Assembly: GCA_041577295.1 (NCBI GenBank)
Contig: JBFGJG010000059.1
Span: 1-23,522, forward strand
Length of the DNA stretch: 23,522 nt
Origin: Gemmatimonadales bacterium
GTDB taxonomy: Bacteria > Gemmatimonadota > Gemmatimonadetes > Gemmatimonadales > GWC2-71-9
Direction: 5' to 3'
Part shown: positions 18,072 to 23,522 of the stretch, one piece after another
How positions within the stretch are numbered: position 1 is the stretch's first letter
How the letters are laid out: every line of letters starts with the position of its first letter
Made by a program: the position numbers and the translations under genes
Notes under the pieces: model-generated
Database searches by the model: none
What the model was told of the DNA's origin: nothing
What the model saw: only the letters and a program-made list of their open reading frames with translations

Positions 18072-18892
18072 CCAGCCATTTCCGAACACCATTTGTGGCC
18101 GTGCACAGGCGCTGTCATGTGTTGTCAACCGCTCCGTCTGAGCGACCGGGTCATTGTTGTCACTGAGAAGCTGAGGAACCCCAGAGCCACCAAGCCGTTG
18201 TTGGCCGGCCTCGGGCCGAAGCCCGGCTTCTCTATGTCTCCGGTCTGAACCCGGCTCTCCACCCGCAGGACGCCCGCGCTCCGTGGGGAACGCTTGGCGA
18301 CGTCCCGTGGCAAGCCGAATCCTGCAATCTGACAATTGTGAAGATGTCCCCTCCGCAAGAGCCTGGCCAGACGTGCAGCCCCGCACATCTGTCAGTGCTG
18401 TGGCGACTGATCGGTGTGTCCGAAGGAAGTCTCGGGGGTGCGGAAACATCACCATCCCGGTGCTACACAGCGGACGAGTGTCACCGTTGAGACTGCAACA
18501 CGCGAAGAAAACTCAGGGGGAGACTGCGCTTGAGGGCCAGCGACACGACCTATGGACATGCGGACCAGATCGCAGTGGTCGTCCGGTTCACCCCCCAGAT
18601 AAGGATCCACTGAGCAAGACTGCACCCGCTGCCAGTATCGACCCCGACTTAGCTCGCGGCCAAGGGGAAGATTGGTCTGGGCCGTGGAGGCTCGGAATCT
18701 GGACCCGAGGTGAGTTTTCGGCGATGTTCCATCACGTCGAGCGCTTGCTCCAATATGCGCGCCGCCCTTTACTCTTCTTCACATAGCCACCTTAGTCGGT
18801 AAGAGCCGACCTCGCTTTCCATGTACCCACTCACCGCCCGCACGCTCCTGCCCCGAGGCTGACACCGGGGCTCCAACCAGCCAACCCCGCCC

Positions 18893-18910
18893 TGTTGCGC
18901 GAATACAACA
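18893..18910. promoter_or_regulatory. Dyad TGTTGC-N6-RCAACA copy 3
   Basis: TGTTGCGCGAATACAACA in the long gap between the divergent methyltransferase and GT4 genes. Confidence 0.65.
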
Positions 18911-18963
18911 CAACGGTGTGAGGATACCACCGTGTTTCCTTCTTGCCGGTCAGGCCGCACAGC

Positions 18964-18979
18964 TGGCGCTTCAACTGCG
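18964..18979 (+). promoter_or_regulatory. Weak sigma-54 promoter candidate facing the small ORF and GT4
   Basis: TGGCGCTTCAACTGCG has GG-N10-GC spacing but several mismatches, and lies only about 54 bp from dyad copy 3. Confidence 0.25.
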
Positions 18980-19256
18980 TTCTCCGGCTCCTGGCTAGCC
19001 GGGTCGGTATTCCCAGTCGCAACCACCGGGTCCGTCGAGTGGCGGCAAGTGCGATCACTCATCGGCTCGATCTCACTCGAATGAGCCCATGGCCGCCGAG
19101 GACCCGCAAGAGTCCTCCGGGGTTCGTTGTGGGCTGTCCCCGTTTGGGAATCACACTACTTTTTCTTGTGCGGGCTTCTTCCGACGGCTTGTCGATTCTA
19201 CGGAAGGAGGCCGGCAAGCTTGATGTCTCGGCGCCCTGGCTGGAGGGATATGGACA

Positions 19257-19502
19257 ATGGACCCAGCCCAGAACCGAGATGGGCGTGATGTGCCCTGTCG
19301 TTGTGACGACCTTGGGTGGATTGAGACCTCGCTGTGTGACATGCGCAGAGGAATTCATGTGCTGTTGAAGCGCACCGTCGACCAGCTTGGTCCGGCCCAG
19401 CTAGTCGCTCGTCTAGAGGTGGGCGAGCAGCCTGAGCGGGTGGTGGCTGATTCGCAGGTGAAGACCGAGCCCCCGCTTAACGTGGCGACAGGGACAGCAT
19501 GA
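19257..19502 (+). CDS. Possible small hypothetical protein (81 aa)
   Basis: GGAGG upstream; stop overlaps the ATG at 19499 (ATGA). No recognisable family. Confidence 0.35.
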   Translation: MDPAQNRDGRDVPCRCDDLGWIETSLCDMRRGIHVLLKRTVDQLGPAQLVARLEVGEQPERVVADSQVKTEPPLNVATGTA

Positions 19503-20758
19503 AGCCACGGAATTTCTGGTCGGCGACACCTCGCTTCTCGCGCGCCGCGCGAATCAAGTCAGCGACTCGTCAAAAGAGGCAGGCAGTGATGCGCGCCAAA
19601 CCCTGTGATCCTCGGAAGCACAGCGGTCGGCCAGTGGAGCCCGATGGGTCGCCCTGGCGGGATGTGGTATTGATTGGACCGCATCCGCCCCCGTACGGCG
19701 GGCCCGGCGTGCACATGATGCATCTCCGACGAGCGCTTGAAGCACGCGGAGCTAAGTGTGCCGTACTGAGCATCTGGTCGAGGAGCGATGTGCAGATGCC
19801 CGGCGTGTACCGCGTGCGTTCAGGACCCGAATTCTGTGTTCGGTTAAGCGGTTTTGTGCGCCGAGGGTTCCACACGCACCATTTGTTCAACGTGGAGTCG
19901 CCGAAGGCGGTCATCCTCGCGGTTATAGCCGCGTTTGTAACGCGGGTGTGGGGGGGGACATACAGCATCGGGTTCATCGGGGGTCCCCGACAACGCTTGC
20001 TGGACCATGCGGTTGTCCCGTGGAGTGCCCTGTTTCGGCAGGCACTCCGCACAGCTCACTTTGTTGTCTGCAACAACCCCGAAGTGGCCGATGCGTTGGT
20101 GAGGGTGGGGGCGCCCCGGCCGCTTGTGCATCCGATTCCGGCCTTCCACGCCAAGCAGACCGCGGACGTGGGCGTGCCGGATGCGGCGACCCTGCGATTC
20201 AGTGCTGCGTGCGATCCCGTGTTGTGCGCCATTGTCCATCCGCGCTTCGAGACGGAGCATCCGCATCACGAAATGGAGTTGTTGTTAGCCGCCGTGAGGG
20301 TCGTGGCCGACCGGTTCCCCGACATAGGCTGCGTGGTGATAGGTGGGGCCGAGTACGTATCGACGTACGCACGGATGGCGTTAGCGGCCGGGCTTGAGCG
20401 GCGCTTTCATTTCACCGGCGAGGTTGCCCACCGCGATTGCCTTGGTGTGATGGCGGCTTCGACGGTCTTCGTGCGGGCCTATCTGAAGGACGGCACGTCG
20501 TCGTCGGTGCGGGAGGCGCTGGCCCTCGGCACGCCGGCCGTTGTCTCCCGCAATTCCCAGCACCCGAAGGCTGCCCGACAGTTCTCTCCCAACAACCCAT
20601 TGGACCTCGCAGCGCAACTGCTGGCGACACTTGAAGATCTCGCGACAATCCGCCAGCAGCTGGCGGCTGATTCGAACCTGCAAAAGGCTGGAGGACTTGA
20701 GCGGGAGCTGGCGCTCTTCCCTCGCATGCCGGAGCGTCTGGGAATGGATTCAGGCTAG
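19499..20758 (+). CDS. Glycosyltransferase family 4 (GT-B)
   Basis: VLIGPHPPPYGGPGVH, FHFTGEVAH, VFVRAYLKDGTSSSVREALALGTPAVVS. True start may be about 30 codons later (MRAKP). Confidence 0.85.
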   Translation: MKPRNFWSATPRFSRAARIKSATRQKRQAVMRAKPCDPRKHSGRPVEPDGSPWRDVVLIGPHPPPYGGPGVHMMHLRRALEARGAKCAVLSIWSRSDVQMPGVYRVRSGPEFCVRLSGFVRRGFHTHHLFNVESPKAVILAVIAAFVTRVWGGTYSIGFIGGPRQRLLDHAVVPWSALFRQALRTAHFVVCNNPEVADALVRVGAPRPLVHPIPAFHAKQTADVGVPDAATLRFSAACDPVLCAIVHPRFETEHPHHEMELLLAAVRVVADRFPDIGCVVIGGAEYVSTYARMALAAGLERRFHFTGEVAHRDCLGVMAASTVFVRAYLKDGTSSSVREALALGTPAVVSRNSQHPKAARQFSPNNPLDLAAQLLATLEDLATIRQQLAADSNLQKAGGLERELALFPRMPERLGMDSG

Positions 20759-20787
20759 TAGCAAGGGTCCGATCGTAGGGGTGGCCT

Positions 20788-20810
20788 CGTGGCATCTCTT
20801 AGGTGCCATG
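20788..20810. terminator. Hairpin between the convergent GT4 and kinase genes
   Basis: CGTGGCATCT-CTT-AGGTGCCATG imperfect stem; no U-tract. Confidence 0.25.
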
Positions 20811-20815
20811 TATCC

Positions 20816-21832
20816 TCAACTCGCTCCTGCCGTGAGCGTTAGAGTACTCACGAGGGACGCGAGTTCACTCCTGCTCACCGCGAGTAAGCTTCGCAGGTGC
20901 CACCGCCGGTGGATCGACTGATGCTCCGTCAAGCGCGCCGAGAGTTCGAGGACATGCGCGACGAGTGCATCGATCAGGAACGGGCCCATCTGGCCGACCG
21001 TGATCGTCCGGCCGTAGCCGCGACAAACGTGGGACCACAGAGTCCGCATACGCCTATCCCGCGTGGGGAGGTGGGGAAGCATGTCGAGCATGCTCGTATA
21101 TAGGGTTGCGAAATCGCGTTCAGGGTGGTTTTGGGCGAGTCCATCGAAGTCGAGTACCGCGATGTGCTCCGGAGCGACGAGCAGGTTGTGCGTGGTGAAA
21201 TCGTTATGACAACTCTTCATGCCGTCACGTTCCCGCATGCCGGCTGTCATGCAGGCGCCGTACTCACTCAAGGAGCGCTGTAGGTGTTCCGGAAGCGGCA
21301 TGATGGGACTCGCGATGTTGGTGTTGAAGCGCTCCGTATAGTCCTCTTCGGGGATCTTCGAAAAGGGCAGATCAAGGTCGTGCAGGGCTCGTAAGGCTCG
21401 GCCGACCCGCTCGAGATCGTCCGCCAATCCGGTCGCCCATGAGGGCATCAGACGAGTTAAGAGCGAGTGCTTTCGGAGAAACGCCTGTCCCGGAACCGTC
21501 GATGTCGCGAGAATCAGGCGGTCCCGGCTAAAGAATATCGGCCGTGGAATTGCGAATGCAGTCGGTTGCACTCGGTTGAGTTCGCAGAGATTTGCGTGCT
21601 CGCGCTCAAGCGCTCGCCTCGTCGCCTCGGTATCAGAACCCAGTCGTGCTTGGGGCCGCTTGATCTTGATGTGGTAACTGTTGGCTGGATCCTTGAACAA
21701 GACGTGGACGATGGTCGATCCTGGCTTCTCGTAGCTGCGGATGCGGAAGGCGCAAGGCTGGTCGAACATCTGCGCATTGATTTCTTCGATCAGCGACACG
21801 ACGGATCCTGACCCTGATGTTGGGCTCGGCAT
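20816..21832 (-). CDS. Aminoglycoside-phosphotransferase/choline-kinase-like phosphotransferase
   Basis: YHIKIK (ATP-site Lys), EREH, IPRPI, LRALHD, Brenner motif HNDFTTHNLL, VLDFD, RDFA. Confidence 0.82.
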   Translation of the reverse strand: MPSPTSGSGSVVSLIEEINAQMFDQPCAFRIRSYEKPGSTIVHVLFKDPANSYHIKIKRPQARLGSDTEATRRALEREHANLCELNRVQPTAFAIPRPIFFSRDRLILATSTVPGQAFLRKHSLLTRLMPSWATGLADDLERVGRALRALHDLDLPFSKIPEEDYTERFNTNIASPIMPLPEHLQRSLSEYGACMTAGMRERDGMKSCHNDFTTHNLLVAPEHIAVLDFDGLAQNHPERDFATLYTSMLDMLPHLPTRDRRMRTLWSHVCRGYGRTITVGQMGPFLIDALVAHVLELSARLTEHQSIHRRWHLRSLLAVSRSELASLVSTLTLTAGAS

Positions 21833-21973
21833 GTGCGACCTGTGCCCTCGGTGGCGGCGTCATCCGGGGTTACACGGAGGCGTCGGACTGGCCTGCCTCG
21901 GCCGGACTCCTCTGGGTCCGGAGCAAGAGTCGAACCGTATCATCCAAGGGGCTGTGGCCAAACATGGATACCG

Positions 21974-21991
21974 TGTTGCGCTGGTGCAACA
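21974..21991. promoter_or_regulatory. Dyad TGTTGC-N6-RCAACA copy 4
   Basis: TGTTGCGCTGGTGCAACA, roughly midway between the divergent kinase (start 21832) and lipoprotein (start 22166) genes. Confidence 0.7.
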
Positions 21992-22165
21992 TCGGAGCCC
22001 GCTCGAGGCTTGCTGGCCGGCTACCATGTCCGTAGCTTATCTGCCCGCTTTTGGCCGGCGAATCCGTGGGGGCGCGAATGTGCGACGGGTCACTGAACGG
22101 GACTTTAACGATCACAAGATTTTGGGCGAGCGAGGTTGGCGCCCACCCCGACTTTACGAGGGAGT

Positions 22166-23522
22166 ATGCCGCGCTGCGGTTGCTGTTTCCAGTCAGTATG
22201 TCCACCGGCTTCCAATGCCACACCAGCTAACTGGTCGCGGCTGACCCGCCTCGTGTGGGTCGTAGGCGCAATCGCTTGGATGCTCACCGTTGCGTGCGGT
22301 GAGGGGACGCCGTCGAACGGGGTGACGGGCCCCCAGCTGCCGGCGGGCGGGGTGGCGGATCCAACGTTGTTGCCGGTGGCGACGGGGCAGGTGAAGGACC
22401 CGAGCTTCCCGTACGGGCGGAACCTGAGTGCGGGCCAGAGTTATGTTGATCCGACGACGGGCGTGACGGTGATCAAGCTGACCGATGCGACGTCACCGGT
22501 CCCGAACGACAAGGCCCAAGTGCACGATGCTCAGGTCACCAGCGTGTCGCTGCCGTGGGGTCCCAATGGCGAGATGCGCACCATCTGTATTTTGGTGAGC
22601 GAGGCGGGTAACTCGCGACCATGGCTCTTCGATCTGAATACCCAGACCCTGGAGCTCTCAAACAAACGCATGGTGGGGGCGGAGTTCAACGGATCGCGGG
22701 CGGCGGGCGCGATCGCGTTTTCTAACGTCGATCCCCGGACCCTCTACGTGGTTTCCAATAGTGCCCAGTTCCAGCGATACAATACGGAGCTCGATGCGTT
22801 CGTGGACGGCGATGGCTTTCCCAAGGACGTCCCGCCCGCGAGCCGCTTGGGTATCTTGTTCGTGTCCGCCGACGACAGAGTGTTCGTGGCCACCCAGTAC
22901 AACCGGCAGTGGTGGGTGTATTGGCACCGCGATACCGATGAATTGGTATATCCTGCCGCCGCGGTGGACGGGCAGGGTGGCTTGAACCCGACGGGGCGAT
23001 GGGGTACCGGGTTCGATCACACCCTTAACAGCGCGTACGCCATGAATACGGTGACGGGTCAGCGTAGGGACCCGCCGGAACTCTTGGATTACAGCCACCC
23101 GGCTAATGGCCCAGAGCACCGGATGTTTGCGGCGGAATGGGTGGATGGACTTCGGCAGTTCAAGGTCTGGCACATCGAATCGAATACGGTCGAGACGGTG
23201 GGGCAGCCGGGAGAAATCATGCATGGCTCTCGGCACCATTTCGGAAACTGGGTGGTTGGCCAGCCCGATCCGCCGTGGGGCGGGCTGTCGGTCTACAATA
23301 CAAAACCGGGTTCGGGGAAGCTCATTCTTGCAGTGGGGTTCATTCGCATGAGCAACAGCAATCCCGATGTCCGCCTGGTTGCCCATCACGATTCTGAGGG
23401 CGAAGGCTTCGACGAACAACCGCACGCGCAGTCGAGCCCGGACGGGGCAGTGATCGTCTGGCAATCGAGTATGAACAATCCAGGCGGGCGCGTCGACGTG
23501 TTCCTGGCCCTGGTCCCATCGA
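22166..23522 (+). CDS. Probable lipoprotein with a TolB/oligogalacturonate-lyase-like beta-propeller (runs off the window end; absent from the ORF track)
   Basis: Hand translation of frame +2 gives 452 codons with no stop from ATG 22166 (GAGGGAG upstream). Signal-like SRLTRLVWVVGAIAWMLTVA-C (Cys at 22295), SYVDPTTGVTVIKLTD, and C-terminal VRLVAHHDS...EQPHAQSSPDGAVIVWQSSM...VDVFLALVP. Confidence 0.8.
   Translation, partial: MPRCGCCFQSVCPPASNATPANWSRLTRLVWVVGAIAWMLTVACGEGTPSNGVTGPQLPAGGVADPTLLPVATGQVKDPSFPYGRNLSAGQSYVDPTTGVTVIKLTDATSPVPNDKAQVHDAQVTSVSLPWGPNGEMRTICILVSEAGNSRPWLFDLNTQTLELSNKRMVGAEFNGSRAAGAIAFSNVDPRTLYVVSNSAQFQRYNTELDAFVDGDGFPKDVPPASRLGILFVSADDRVFVATQYNRQWWVYWHRDTDELVYPAAAVDGQGGLNPTGRWGTGFDHTLNSAYAMNTVTGQRRDPPELLDYSHPANGPEHRMFAAEWVDGLRQFKVWHIESNTVETVGQPGEIMHGSRHHFGNWVVGQPDPPWGGLSVYNTKPGSGKLILAVGFIRMSNSNPDVRLVAHHDSEGEGFDEQPHAQSSPDGAVIVWQSSMNNPGGRVDVFLALVPS

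Noticed and set aside
18093..18455. N-terminal extension of the 422-aa methyltransferase ORF
   Set aside because: Not protein-like; recognisable methyltransferase sequence begins only after about MGKANL.
18795..19005. Several short hairpins as a structured ncRNA
   Set aside because: Stems are only 5-6 bp in GC-rich sequence and match no RNA family I recognise; an Infernal/covariation test would be needed.
20816..21832. APH-like gene as an antibiotic resistance gene (likewise VanZ as a glycopeptide resistance gene)
   Set aside because: Only fold-level motifs are shared; the context is glycan modification, with no van cluster or mobile element.
22069..22084. GGGGCGCGAATGTGCG as the sigma-54 promoter for the lipoprotein (similar GGGGCAGGAGCGTGCG on the minus strand at 18839-18854)
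   Set aside because: GG-N10-GC spacing is present but the TGGCA/TTGC context is poor, and such matches are easy to get by chance in GC-rich DNA.
22658..23464. 268-aa minus-strand ORF
   Set aside because: Antisense shadow of the + strand lipoprotein gene.

Overview
GC-rich bacterial window. The Ig/filamin-type surface-protein repeat style suggests Gemmatimonadota, but that is an inference. Most of the window is a cell-surface glycan/glycolipid tailoring locus. On the minus strand it carries GT4 glycosyltransferase, AsnB amidotransferase, SAM methyltransferase, SDR epimerase and a second AsnB, followed by a NodU/CmcH carbamoyltransferase, a sulfotransferase and an LPG-synthase-TM (flippase-like) protein with a decayed paralog fragment. 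Also present are a PHP-like protein, a second methyltransferase, a second GT4, an APH-like kinase and a VanZ/LamG-like membrane protein. Both ends hold partial surface beta-propeller proteins; the right-hand one is a probable lipoprotein missing from the ORF track. The strongest non-coding signal is an 18-bp dyad, TGTTGC-N6-RCAACA, found four times, always intergenic (8408, 15612, 18893, 21974). Two copies sit about 90-100 bp upstream of near-consensus sigma-54 promoters, which points to an enhancer-binding-protein/sigma-54 regulon whose activator is not encoded in this window. I saw no RNA genes, CRISPR arrays or mobile elements.
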